In this document: one piece after another, positions 1 to 12,159 of the stretch | How positions within the stretch are numbered: position 1 is the first letter of the stretch | How the letters are laid out: the number at the start of each line of letters is the position of its first letter | Assembly: GCA_030390025.1 (NCBI GenBank) | Contig: JASTWF010000356.1 | Coordinates: 248,001-312,000 of the forward strand | Reading direction: 5' to 3' | Origin: Squalus acanthias | Lineage: Eukaryota | DNA length: 64,000 nt | Position numbers and translations under genes: made by a program | The notes under the pieces: generated by a model | What the model was told of the DNA's origin: nothing | Seen by the model: the letters and a program-made list of their open reading frames with translations, nothing else | Databases searched by the model: none

Positions 1-388
1 GAATTGACCAAGCCTCATCAGCTTTTTGAGGGAAAGTGTTCCAGATTTCCACTACCACTTGTGGGAAGAGGAGCTTTCTGACATCACATCTGTACGGCCA
101 AGCTCTAATGTTAAGTTCATGCCACCTTGTGCTGGACTCCCCCAACCAGAGGAAATAGCTTCTCTCTATTTCCCCCATTAAATCCTTTGACTGTACAAAA
201 CGCATCAATTCGATCACCCATATTCTCCTATACTCAAGGCAATAAAAGACTGATGAATCTGCGCTGCATCCTCTCCAAGGCCAGCATATCTTTCCTGAAG
301 TGAGGTGCCCAAAACTGAATAAAATACTCCGAACGGGATCTAACCAGAGCTCTGTTCAGCTGTAGCATAAATTCTACACCTTTTTATA
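1..388 (-). mobile_element. Older CR1 LINE, 3' part of ORF2 (outer element, continues at 6299-6716)
   Basis: Reverse strand resembles the CR1 RT C-terminal region ('ctctccaaggccagcatatctttcctgaagtgaggtgcccaaaactg'). Its 3' tail is visible in the duplicate from 26092. Confidence 0.8.
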
Positions 389-1459
389 AGTATCATAGAA
401 TCATAGAATGGTTACAGCACGGAAGAAGTCCATTCGGCCCGTCGAGCCCGTGCCGAATCTCAGCCAGTCCCATTGCCGCATCCTTTCCTCGTAGCCCTGC
501 ATTTTTTTCCTGCAGATATTTATCCAACTCCATATTGTAAGATAACATTGAGTCTGCCTCCACCACCCTTTCAGGCAGTGCATTCCAGATCTTAACCACT
601 CGCTGCGGAAAAACGTTTTCTCTGATGTCGTCTTTGGTCCTTTTGCCTATCACTTTAAATCTGTGTCCTCTGGTTCTCGACAATTCTGCCAATGGGAACA
701 CTTTTCCTCTATCTAACCTGTCCATGATTTTGAACACCTCTATCAAATCTCCTCTCAATCTTCTCTGCTCCAAGAAGAACAATTCCAGGTTCTCCAGTCT
801 ATCAAAGTAACTGAAGTCCCTCATTCCTGGAATCATTCTCGTAAATGTTTTCTGCACCGTCTCCAAGGCCCTCACATCCATCCTAATGTGCGCTGCCCAG
901 AATTGGACACAGTACTCCTGTTGGGGCCAAACCAGTGTTTTATACAGATTCATCATAATTTGCACACTGTTGAACTCTATATGAAGCCCAGAATCCTTTT
1001 TAACTGCTTTCTCAAACTGCCCTTCCGCCTTCAACGATTTATGCACACATGCCCCCAGGTCTCTCTGTTAGTGCACCCCTTTAAAGATTGTACCATTTAG
1101 TTTATTTGTCCACTCCTCTTTCTTTCCACCAAAATACATCACTTCACACTTTTCTGCATTAAATTTCATCTACCACGTCTCCGTCCATTTACCCAGCCTG
1201 TCTATGTCTTCCTGAAGACTATCGCTCTCCTCCTCACTGATCACTATACTTCCACGTTCTGTGTCATCTGCACATTTTGATATTGTGCCCTGTACACCCA
1301 CGTCCAAGTCATTAATATACATCATTAAATGCAGTGGTCCAAGAACCGACCCCTGGAGAAAACACTGTATACCTTTCTTCAGTCCGAAAAATAACTGTTC
1401 AGCACTAATTTCTGTTTCCTGTCACTCAACCAATTTCGTATCCAGGCTGCCACTGGTCC

Positions 1460-2355
1460 AAAGCTAGGTGGGCCAGTAATCTGCGAGGAGAACACAGAGT
1501 CTGCAAAGGGAGATAGACAGACAAAGTGATTGGGCAGCAAGGTGGCAGATGGAGAATAACGTAGGGAAATGTGAGGTTATTCACTTTGGGAGGAAGAATA
1601 GAAAAACAGAATAGATTTTAAATGGTGAGAAACTTTTAAATGTTGGTGTTCAGAGAGATTTTGGTGTCCTCGTGCAAAAAACACAGAAAGCTAGCATGCA
1701 GGTACAGCAAGCAATAAGGAAGGCAAATAGAATGTTCGCCTTAATTGCAAGGATGTTGTAGTATAAGAGCAAAAAAGTCTTGCTACAATTGTACAGGGCC
1801 TTGGTGAGACCACACCTGGAGTACTGTGCACAGTTTTGGTCTCCTGATCTGATGAAGGATATACTTGCCTTGGAGGCGGTGCAACGAAGGTTCACGAGAT
1901 TTATTCCTGGGATGAGAGGGCTGTCCTATGACGAGAGATAGTGTAGAATGGGCATGTAATCTCTGGAGTTAGAAGCATAAGAGGTGATCTTATTGAAACA
2001 TGTAAGATTCTGAAAGGTATTGACAGGGTAGATGCTGAGAGGTTGTTTCCCCTGGCTGGAGTGTCCAGAACTAGGTGGCATAGACTCAGGATAAGGGGTA
2101 AGCCATTTAAGACCGAGATGAGGAGGAATTTCTTCACTCAGATGATTGTGGCATTTTGGAATTCTCTGCCCCAGAGGGCGGTGAATGCTGAGTCTTTGAG
2201 TATATTCAAGGCTGAGATAGATAGATTTTTGGACTCTATGGGAATCAAGCGATATGGAGAGCGGGCGGGAAAGTGGAGTTGAAGTCGATGATCGGCCATG
2301 ATCTTATTGAGGGGCCGTGTGACCGACTCCTGCTCTTATTTCTTATGTTGTTATA
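1460..2355 (+). mobile_element. 5'-truncated CR1 LINE inserted antisense into the RT region of the host CR1
   Basis: + ORF 'MFPLAGVSRTRWHRLRIRGKPFKTEMRRNFFTQMIVAFWNSLPQRAV' and tail 'ctcctgctcttatttcttatgttgttat'. The minus-strand host reads on across the 1459/2356 junction. Confidence 0.9.
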
Positions 2356-2777
2356 TTGTATTCCATGGGCTTCATTTTTGCTGGCAAGGTTATTATGTGG
2401 CACATTATCGAACGTCTTTTGGAAATCCATGTCCACCACGTCAACCGCATTACCCTCATTAACACTGTCTGTTACCTCATCAACAAACTCGATCAAGTTG
2501 GTTAAAGACGATTTGCCTATAACAAATCCCTGCTAGCTTTCCTTAATTATCCACCCCTATGCAAGTGATTGTTGAGTTTGTCCCTGATTGCTGTTTCGAA
2601 AAGCTTCCCCACTACCGAGGTTAAACTGACTGGCCTGTATTTGCTGGGTTTAGCTTTACACCCTTTTTTGAACAATGGTGTAAGATTTTAAATTCTCCAG
2701 TCCTCTGGCACCACCCCCGTATCTATGGAGGATTGGAATATTATGTCCAGTAACTCTGCGATTGCTGACCTCAATTA

Positions 2778-3304
2778 TGTTTCTTTTTTTTATTGCTTTA
2801 TGGGATGTGGGCGTCGCTGGCAAGGCCAGCATTATTGCCCATCCCTAATTGCCCTTGAGAAGGTGGTGGTGAGCCGCCTTCTTGAACTGCTGCAGTCCGT
2901 GTGAAGATGGTACTCCCACAGTGATGTTAGGTAGGGAGTTCCAGGATTTTGACACAGTGACGATGAAGGTTCGGCGATATAATTCTAAGTCAGGATGGTG
3001 TGTGACTTGGAGGGGAACTTTGAGGTGGTGGTGTTCCCATGCGCCTGCTGCCCTTGTCATTCCAGGTGGAAGATGTTTCGGGTTTGGGAGGTGCTGCCGA
3101 AGAAGCCTTGGCGAGTTACTGCAGTGCATCTTGTAGATGGTTCACACTGCAGCCACGGTACGCCGGTGGTGTAGGGACTGAATGTTTAAGATGGTGGATG
3201 GGGTGCCAATCAAGGTGACTGCTTTGTCCTGGATGGTGTCGAGCTTCTTGCGTGTTGTTGGAGCTGCCCTCATCCAGGCAAGTGGAGTGTATTCCATCAC
3301 AATC
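2778..3304 (-). mobile_element. 5'-truncated LINE 3' end of a different family (CR1/L2 superfamily, RSg-1-like tail) with poly(A)
   Basis: Minus ORF '..KSWNSLPNITVGVPSSHGLQQFKKAAHHHLLKGN', then 'aagggcaattagggatgggcaataatgctggccttgccagcgacgcccacatccca' and an A-run (T-run on + at ~2780-2791). Family name is from recall only. Confidence 0.85.
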
Positions 3305-4769
3305 CCTTTACTATTCTAGGATGCATCCCATCCGCTCCCGGTGATTTATTTACATTAAGTACAGCCAACATTTCACACAGCTATTTCTTATTAAATGTTA
3401 TCCTACCAAGTCTCTCTGCTACCACCTCCTTCACTATATCTATGGCAGCATCCTCTTCCTTGCTGAAGACAGATGCTAACAACTCATTTAGTACCTCAGC
3501 TATGCACTATGCCTCCTGCATAGATCTCCTTTTTGGTTCATAATCGGCACCACTCCTCCTCTTTCGACACTTTTACTATGCAAATGCCGAAAGAAGACTT
3601 TTGTATTACCTTTTATGTTGGCTGCCATTCTATTCTCATATCCTCTCTTTGCCCCTTTTTTTTCTTTTTCTCTTCTCCTCTGACCTTTCTCTATATAGCC
3701 TGATTCTCAGATGTATTTGCAATCTGAAATCTGTCATACACGCTCCCTTTCTGCTTCATCATATTCTCTATCTCTTAATCATCCAGAGAGCTCTGATTTT
3801 AGTTGCCTTACCTTTATCCCTCGTGGGAATGAACGTCAACTGAACTATTTCCTCTGTAAAGGCAGCCCATTGTTCCACTACGGTTTTGCCTGCTAATCTT
3901 TGATTCCAGTTTACCCGGGCCAGATCCGTTCTCATTCCACTGAAATTGGCCTTCCCCCCAAAAAAGATTTTTACTCTAGATTGCTCCCTGTACTTTTCCA
4001 TAGCTAATCTAAACCTTATGATATTATAGTCACTGTTCCCTAAATGTTCCCCTACTGACACATGCTCCACTTGACCTACCTCATTCTCCAGAACCAGATC
4101 CAGCAATGCCTCTTCCCTCGTCGGGCCGGAAACATACTGATCAGGAAAGTTTTCCTGAACGCACTTCAGAAATTTTTTCCCTTCTCTGCCCTTAACACTA
4201 TTACAATCCCAGTCTATATTAGGATAGTTGAAGTCCCCCATTATTACAACTCTATAGTCCTTGCACCTCTCTTTAATTTCTCTGCTATGTTTTCCTCCAT
4301 ATCTCACCCAATATTTGTTGATCTATAGAATACACCTAGTCGTGTAATGGCATCTCTATTATTTCTTAACTCTAGCATTATAGATTCTGTCCTGTACCCC
4401 TCCAGCACATCCTCTCTCTCCAGCACTGTAACATTCTCCTTAAAGAATACTGCCACACCACCTCCTATGTTTCCTTCCCTTTCTTTACTGACACCTTATT
4501 ATTAGGAATATTTAATAACCAATCCTGCCCTCTTTTGAGACAGGTCTCAGTTACCGACACAACATCATTTTCCCATGTGGTTATTTGTGCCTCCAGCTCA
4601 TTTACCCTGTTTACTACGCTTCGTGCGTTCACATACATACATTATAAACCCATCTTAGATCATCCTGTATTCACTCTGTGTTGGACTCCACCTAATATCT
4701 TATTATATCTTACTTTATTGCTCGCTGCCTCTCTCAATCCTTTGAGTCCTTTATGTCACCTTTCTAACT

Positions 4770-5752
4770 TTACTTCCTTTTGCCCATCCACGCACCAAAT
4801 TAGTTTAAACTCTCCCCAACAGAATTAACAAACATACCCGCGAGGATATTGGTTCTGGCCCAGTTGAGGTGCAACCCGTCTGGTCTGTACAGGTCCCACC
4901 TCACCCAGAACCAATCCCAATGCAATAGGAATCTGAAACCCTTCCCTCCTGCACCATCTCTCCAGCCACGCATTCTTCTGCTTAGTCCTTCTATTTCTAT
5001 ACTCACTCGCGTGCAGCATCGGGAGTACTGCCTTGGAGGTCCTGAGAGGTTACTACCTTGGAGATTCTGCTTTTTAATCTCTTTACTAGCTCCCTAAAAT
5101 CAGCCTGCAGGACCTCATCCCTCTTTCTACTTATGTCGTTGGTAACAATATGGACCACGATCTTTAGCGGTTGACCATCCTCGCTGAGATTGTTCTGCAG
5201 CCGCTCATGAACATCCTTAATCCTGGCCCCAGGGAGGCAACGTACCATCCTGGAGTCACGTCTGTGGCCGCAGAAACACCTGTCTGCTCCCCTAACTATC
5301 GAATCCCCAACCACTCTTGTTCATCCACTCGTCTTCCTTACCCCTGTACATCTGAGCCACCACTGGTGCCGCGGACTTGGCTCTGGCTGTACTCCCCATA
5401 GGAACCATCTCCCTCACCGGTACACAGAACAGAACATAGGTTAGAGAGCGAGATGCATTCAGGGGAGTCCTGCATTACCTGCCGGGTCCTCCTTTTCTGT
5501 CTGGCGGTCACCCATTCCCTCTCGGCCTGCACACTCATTGGCTGCGTTATGACCACCTCCTGAAACGTAGCTCCCAGCCTCACGGATGCACCACAGTGAC
5601 GCCAGTTGCTGCTCAAGCTCCGAAACCCGGAGCTCGAGCTCCTCCAGCTGACGACACCATCTGCACACGTGGTTGACCAGAACACGGGAAGCATCCTGGA
5701 TTTCCCACATGGCACAGGATGTGCACTCCGTGGTACTGAGCTGCCCTGCCAT
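4770..5752 (-). pseudogene. Frameshifted CR1 ORF1 (Cys-rich N-terminus, coiled coil, SGNH/GDSL esterase-like domain)
   Basis: 'CTSCAMWE..CRWCRQLEELELRVSELEQQL', 'VGDSIVRG..CLPGARIKDV..VVHIVTND' and 'YRPDGLHLN' are spread over five ORF pieces in different frames. Confidence 0.88.
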
Positions 5753-6049
5753 ACCTCTATTTAATAGGCTATTAACTATCTTTACAGAAATGTAAGACGA
5801 AGATGCATCTAATTCAAATTAATAATATAATATAGTATTAACAGTTAATAATTTAATACAGTATTGACAGTTACTGAGTAAATAAAGAATTAACAGTTAC
5901 CAATCTCTAAGGTTCTGTTTTATCCTTAACCAGCTTTTTAAGCCCGGCCCCTTGAGGAGCAAGAAAAAGATTTTTTTTAAACTACGTGACCTTTACCAAC
6001 CAATCAGTTGCCAGGTGTCCTGTGACCTCCTTGTGGTTTTTCTCTCTCT

Positions 6050-6300
6050 CCCGCTCTCTGTGCTAGGTCTCCACCCAGGCCCGCTCTCGCTGCTGATGGT
6101 GTCGGTGAGTCTTGCCCGCTCTCTCTCCCCCGCTCTTTAAATCCTCGGTCTCTGTGCTCGGTCTCCACCCAGGGCCGCTCTCGCTGCTGCTGCCGCCGGT
6201 GAGTCTTGCCCGCTCTCTCTCTCCCCCGCTCTTTAATTCCTCGGTCTCTGCGCTCAGTCTCCATCCAGGGCCGCTCTCCGTCTGATGGTGCCGGTGAGTC
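6050..6300. repeat. About three copies of a ~95-bp GC-rich unit at the CR1 5' end
   Basis: 'tctgtgct.ggtctccacccagg.ccgctctc..ggtgagtc' starts at ~6057, ~6151 and ~6247. Same at 32393-32643. Confidence 0.85.
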
Positions 6301-6716
6301 CAGCCCTCTTGAGAGAGAGGCCAATATTATAACAGCCTTTTTAATTAATTTTGTATCTGTGCACTTTCTTTCAGTGATTTCTGTAATTGTACACCTATAT
6401 TTCGCTGCTCCTCCGGTGTTCCTAGCTCCTCGCCATTTGGAAATGACTCTGATCTATCTTTCTTAGGTCCACAGTGGGTGGCCGCACACTTTTCATCCTC
6501 AGATTACATCTGCCAAAGCTTTGTCCACTCATTAAATCCATCAATGTCCCTTTGCTGATTTATGTTCCATTTGCACTGCTTACTGTGCGAACTAACTTAG
6601 TGTCGTCATCAAATTTAGAAAGAAGACTCTGTCCTCCTTCATCCAAGTCATTAATACAATAGTGAAAAGCTGAATGCCCAATACAGATCACTGGAGACAC
6701 CACTGGTCACATTCTG
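6299..6716 (-). mobile_element. Older CR1 LINE RT fragment, continuation of the outer element at 1-388
   Basis: Reverse strand gives 'VTSGV..', 'INDLDEG' and 'SKFDDDTKL', the CR1 RT catalytic region (cf. KFADDTKL). Confidence 0.8.
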
Positions 6717-6744
6717 TTGATTTTGAGCACTAGATTAATAGGGA

Positions 6745-7297
6745 TCAATAATTCGTAAGACTTCTTATTGTAATGGTTTAACAACACAATTCTTATATTG
6801 ATCAGGCTTGTTTCAGTTCCTTTTGCACAGAGAATATTATTCCACACGCTATTCCGTACTCCCAGTACAGGGGGCAGTGCAATAAACATTCGTACTTGTC
6901 CGCCTGCCAATCTAGCCTCTTCCAACAACCGCAGAGAGAAGATTTTCCAGTCCTCCTTTCTAAGTATGAGCCAGGCCTTCGAGATTCACATATAATACAT
7001 TAAAAGTCGTATTCGTACCGCACACATCCTGTAAGCGTCACACTTACTGTTGGTGCAACTCATGTACTGTCACAGTCATTTCCTGTTGCACATTAAATGT
7101 CAATGTTCTAGTTTAACCTTTCACGCGCCATTACTAATAGCAGAGGATTGGATAACGCCGATTTAATAAGACACATTTTTTCTGCTTACAAATTGTGAGA
7201 GAACCTTTATTTAAACGATTGTCAATTTGATTCCAGATAATGAACACATAATAGAAAAATCGGGTAGTAAAACAGCACAGAGATATGGGAAAAAGAA
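6745..7297 (+). repeat. Diverged paralog of 12600-13095 (promoter-upstream segment)
   Basis: Collinear shared words: 'ataattcgtaa', 'ttcttatattgat', 'tgtccgcctgcc', 'gagattcac', 'atttcctgtt', 'aacctttcac', 'cagataat.aacacat'. Confidence 0.85.
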
Positions 7298-10200
7298 GTG
7301 TGTAACCTGGGGAGGATGGAACCAGTGAGATCAGACAGTGTGTAACCCGGGGAGGATGGGCCCAGTGAGATCAGACAGTGTGTAATCGGGGGACGATGTA
7401 CCCAGTGAGATCAGACAGTGTGTAAGCCGGGAGGATGGGCCCAGTGAGATCAGACAGTGTTTAACAGAGGGAGGATGGGCCCACTGAGATCAGACAGTGT
7501 GGAAACATGGGAGGATGGGCCCAGTGAGATCAGACAGTGTGTAACCCGGGGAGGATGGGCCCAGTGAGATCAGCTAGTTTGTAACCCGGGGAGAATGGGC
7601 ACAGTGAGATCAAACAGTGTTTAACAGAGGGAGGATGGGCCCAGTGTGATCAGATAGTGTTTAAACCGGGGAGGATGGGCCCAGTGAGATCAGACAGTGA
7701 GTAACCCGTGGAGGATAGGCCCAGTGAGATCAGACATTGTTTAACAGAGGGAGGATGGGCCAAGTGAGATTAGACAGTGGGTAACCTGGGGCGGATGGGC
7801 CCAGTGAAAACAGACAGAGTGTAAACCGGGGAGGTTGGGCCCAGCGAGATCAGACAGTGTGTAACGCGGGGAGTTTGGGCACAGTGAGATCAGACAGTGA
7901 GTAACCCGGGGAGGGTGGGCCCAGTGAGATCAGAATGTGTTTAACCCGGGGAGTTTGGGCACAGTGAGATCAGACAGAGTACAACCCGGGAAGGATGGGC
8001 CCAGTGAGATCAGAATGTGTTTAACCCGGGGAGGATGGGCCCAGTAAGATTAGACAGTTTGTAACCCGGGGAGGATAGGCCCAGTGAGATCAGACAGTTT
8101 GTAATCTGGGGAGGATGGACTCAGGCAGTTCAGACAGTGTTTATCTCGGGGAGGATGGGACCAGTGTGATCTGACAGTGTGTAACCCGGCGAGGATGGGC
8201 CCATGAGATCAGACACAGTGTAACATAGGGAGGATATGCCCAGTGAGATCAGACAATGAGTGACGCGAGAAGGATGGGCCCAGTGAGATCAGGCAGTGTG
8301 CACCCTGGGGTGGATGGGCCCAGTGAGATCAGACAGTGTGTAACCCGGGGAGGATGGTCCCAATGAGATCAGAAAGTGTGGAAAACCGGGAGGATGAGCC
8401 CATTGAGATCTGACATTGTTTATACCGAAAAGGGTTGGCCCAGTGAGATCAAACAGGGTATAGACCATGGAGGATGGGCCCAGCTGGATCAGACAGTGTG
8501 TAACCAGGGGAGATTGGGCGCAGTGAGATCAGACAGAGTATAACCCGGGGAGGATGGGCCCAGTGAGATCAGACAGTGTGTAACCCGGGGAGGATGGTCC
8601 CAGTGAAATAAGACAGTGTGTAATCCGGAGAGGATGGGCCCAGTGAGATCAGACAGTGTTTAGCCCTGGGAGGATGCGCCCAGTGAGATCAGACAGTGTG
8701 TAACCCGAGGAGGATGTGCCCAGTGAGGTCAGATACTGTTTAATCCTGGGAGGATGGGTCCAGTGATCAGACAGAGTGTAACCCTGGATGGCTGGGCCCA
8801 ATGAGATCAGACAGTGTGTAACCCGGTGAGGATGGACCCAATGAAATCAGACACTGTGTAACCCGGCGAGTATTGGTTCAGTGTGATCAGACCGAGTGTA
8901 ACCAAGGTAGGACGGGCCCAGTGAGATCAAACCTTGTGTAACCCCGGCAGTATGGGCCCAGTGAGATCAGAAGAGTGTAACTCGCGGAGGATGTGCACAG
9001 TGAATTCAAACATTCTGTAACGGGGGAGGATGAGCCCAGTGAGAAAAGACAGTGTGTCACCCGGGGAGGATGGGCCCAGTGTGATCAGACAGTGTGTAAC
9101 CCGGGGAAGATGGGCCCAGTGAGATCAGACAGTGTGTAACCCGGTGAGGAAGGGCACAGTGAGATCAGACAGTGTGTAACCCGGGGAGGATGGGCCCTGT
9201 GAGATCAGACAGTGTGTAACCCGGATACGATGGGCCAAGTGAGATCAGACAGGATGTAAATGGTAGAGGATGTGCCCAGTGAGAACAGACAGTGTGTTAC
9301 ACGTGGAGGATGGGCCCAGTGAGATCAGAGAGTGTGTAACCCGCGGAGCATTGGGCACAGTGAGATCAGACAGTGTGTAACCCTGGGAGGATGGGCCCAG
9401 TGAGATCAGATAGTGTTTAACAAGGGGAAGATGGGCACAGTGTGATCACACAGTGTATAACAGGGAGGATGGGCCCAGTGAGATCAGGCAGTGAGTAACA
9501 GGGAGGATGGGTCCAGTGAGATCAGACAGTGTGTAACCCGGGGAGGATGGGCCCAGTGAGATCAGACAGTGTGTAACCAAGGGAGAATGGCATCAGTGAA
9601 ATCAGACAGTGTGCAACCGGTGGAGGATGGCCCCAGTGAAGTCAGACAGTGTGTAACCCGGGGAGGATTGATCCAGGTTGATCAGACAGTGTTTAACCCG
9701 GCGAAGATGGGCCCAGTGAAATCAGACAGTGTGTATCCCGGGGAGGTTGGCTCCAGTGAGATCTTTCAGTGTGTAACCCGGGGAGGATGGGCCCAGTGAG
9801 ATCAGACAGTATATAACCCGGGGAGGATGGGTCCAGTGAGATCAGACAGTGTGTGACACGGGGAGGATGGGCCCAGTGAGATCAGACAGTGTGTATCCCG
9901 GGGTGGATGGGCCCAGTGAGATCAGACAGTGTGTAATCCGGGTAGGATGGGCCCAGTGAGATCAGACAGGATGTAAATGGTAGAGGATGTGCCCAGTGAG
10001 AACAGACAGTGTGTTACACGTGGAGGATGGGCCCAGTGAGATCAGATATTGCGTAACCCGCGGAGCATTGGGCACAGTGAGATCAGACAGTGTGTAACCC
10101 GGGGAGGATGGGCCAACTGAGATCAGACAGTGTGTAACCCGCGGAAGATGGGCACAGTGTGATCAGACAGTGTGTAACAGGGAGGATGGGCAGAGTGAGA

Positions 10201-11350
10201 TCAGACAGTGTGTAACACGGGGAGGTTGGGCCCACTGAGATCAGACAGTGTGTAACCCGGGGAAGATGGGCACAGTGTGATCAGACAGTGTGTAACAGGG
10301 AGGATGGGCGCAGTGAGATCAGGCAGTGAGTAACAGGGAGGATGGGCAGAGTGAGATCAGACAGTGTTTAACCCGGTGAGGATGGGCCCAGTGAAATCAG
10401 ACAGTGTGTAACCTGGGGAGGAAGGGCAAGTCAGATCAGACATTGTGAATCCCGGGGAGGATGGGCCCAGTGTGATCAGACAGTGTGTAACACGGGGAGT
10501 ATGGGCACAGTGAGATCAGACAGTGTGTAACCCGGGGAGGATGGACCAAGTGAGATCAGACATTGTGTAACCCGTGGTGGATGGGCCCAGTGAATTCAAA
10601 CATTGTGTAAGCGTGGGAGGATGGGCCCAGTGAGATCCGACAGTGTGTAATCCCGGGAGGATGGACCCAGTGACATCAGACAGTGTATAACCCGGAGAGG
10701 ATGAGCCCAATGTGGTCAGACAGTGTGTAACCTGGGGAGGATGGGCCCAGTGAGAGCAGACTGTGTGTAACCCGGGGAGGATGGGCCCAGTGAGATCAGA
10801 CAGTCTGTAACCCGAGGAGGATGTGCCCAGTGAGATCAGACAGTGTTTAACCCTGGGAGGATGGGTCCAGTGATCAGACAGAGTGTAACCCGGGGAGGAT
10901 GGGCCCAATGAGATCAGACAGTGTGTAACCCGGTGAGGATGGACCCAGTGAAATCAGACAGTGTGTAACCCGGCGAGTATTGGTTCAGTGTGATCAGACA
11001 GTGTGTAACCAAGGGAGGATGGGCCCAGTGAGATCAAACCTTGTGTAACCCCGGCAGGATGGGCCCAGTGAGATCAGACAGAGTGCAACTCGCGGAGGAT
11101 GTGCACAGTGAATTCAAACATTGTGTAACAGGGGGAGGATGGGCCCAGTGAGATCCGACAGTGTGTAACCCCGGCAGAATGGCCTCAATGAAATCAGACA
11201 GTGTGTAACCCGGGGAGTAGGCCCCAGTGAAGTCAGACAGTGTGTAACCCGGGGAGGATTGATCCAGGGTGATCAGACAGTGTGTAACCCGGGGAAGATG
11301 GGCCCAGTGAGATCAGACAGTGTGTATCCCGGGGAGGATGGGCCCAGTGA
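7298..11350 (+). repeat. 40-bp satellite array 1 (~100 units), consensus AGTGTGTAACCCGGGGAGGATGGGCCCAGTGAGATCAGAC
   Basis: Directly visible tandem 40-mer with many point variants. Confidence 0.99.
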
Positions 11351-11389
11351 CCACGGAATCGATCTCCCGTGTATAATACCGATAGCTGG

Positions 11390-11710
11390 TTCACGGCTTC
11401 ATAGTGGCTATGTTAATGGACTAGCAATCCAGAGACCTACACTAATGATCCGTAGATATGAGAACAAATCCCAACACGACAGCGGGGGAATTTAAATTGA
11501 GTTATTTAAATAAATCTGGAATATACTGTAACTTCCGGATTGTCATAAAAGTCCATTTGGTTCAGTAATGTTCTTTAGGGAAGGAAATCTGCCGTCCTTA
11601 CCCGGTCTGCTATATGTGACTCCAGACCCACAGCAATGTGGTTGACTCTCAACTCCCCTCTGAAATGGCTAAGCAAGTCACTCAGTTGTACCAAACTGAT
11701 ACAAAGAAGT
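11390..11710 (+). mobile_element. Decayed tRNA-derived SINE-like element with a Meta/SlmI-type central domain, 3' truncated
   Basis: Degenerate A box ('catagtgg') and B box ('gaacaaatccc'), then 'ggttcagtaatgttctttagggaaggaaatctgccgtccttacccggtctg..gtgactccagacccacagcaatgtggttgactct'. I recall this as the MetaSINE/SlmI core. Confidence 0.8.
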
Positions 11711-12159
11711 ATATTGTGGGAGTAATTTTTGTGTGTGTTGAGTCAGAATGAAGGCTCTCGGTGCTCTGCTGATCCAGCTCCCTGCCTCGGCCGAGGTTTC
11801 AGTTTATTAAACTGAGAGCAGTGTTTGTCCGCATAATTTCTGGATTTATATCCCTTCTCGATCGACATCGCTACCTGATTATTGTGGGGAACTTCTTTTA
11901 GCAGGAAATAAAAAAAACAATGTTTCAGTCCTTTAAAGAGGAACTGGAGTTCCAGGAATTGGCGTGTCTATTCAAATTTTATAACATTTCATATGTATAA
12001 AGAAGGTAATTATCAGATGTTTTACCATCGAATTCAGTATTTTAGCAGCAATGTAAATGGTCACTGTTAGCAGTTTCAGATTTAAATGGTTTAAGACAAT
12101 CAGATTTGCAGAAGTGATGGAGTCTATTTCTGACAATGTGACTATTTTATTCATGTATT

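Larger units (their letters stand above)
391..6298 (-). mobile_element. Near full-length decayed CR1 LINE (5'UTR, ORF1, ORF2 EN+RT, 3' tail), interrupted by two later insertions
   Basis: 3' tail 'catagaatcatagaat' = (ATTCTATG)n on minus. RT C-terminus 'EQRRLRGDLIEVFKIM..RTRGHRFK..QRVVKIWNALP' (393-1046), RT 'VDVVDMDFQKTFDNVPH' (2245-2496), endonuclease 'VVIMGDFNYPNIDW..LLDLVL..LGNSDY' (3768-4307), and ORF1 at ~4770-5752, all in the expected order. Confidence 0.93.
1..11350 (+). repeat. Segmental duplication copy A (open at the left window edge); direct repeat of 26344-~38040
   Basis: Base 1 'gaattgacc..gcctcatcagc' recurs at 26344. ORF-track entries pair at offset 26343 (393/26736, 3768/30111, 5003/31346, 6707/33050). 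The two 217-aa ORFs differ at only 3 residues. Confidence 0.97.

Noticed and set aside
393..1046. 217-aa ORF conserved in both duplicate copies as a possible domesticated gene
   Set aside because: It is only the C-terminal part of CR1 ORF2 reading into the 3' tail. Its conservation is explained by the recent duplication.
6707..6995. Overlapping 65-73-aa ORFs in the unique segment
   Set aside because: No recognisable domain, and the paralog at 12600-12800 has a deletion and other indels across this stretch.
11748..11810. Short ORF MKALGALLIQLPASAEVSVY* resembling a signal-peptide exon
   Set aside because: Weak hydrophobic core, poor donor (GAG|GTTTCA) and no downstream coding exon.
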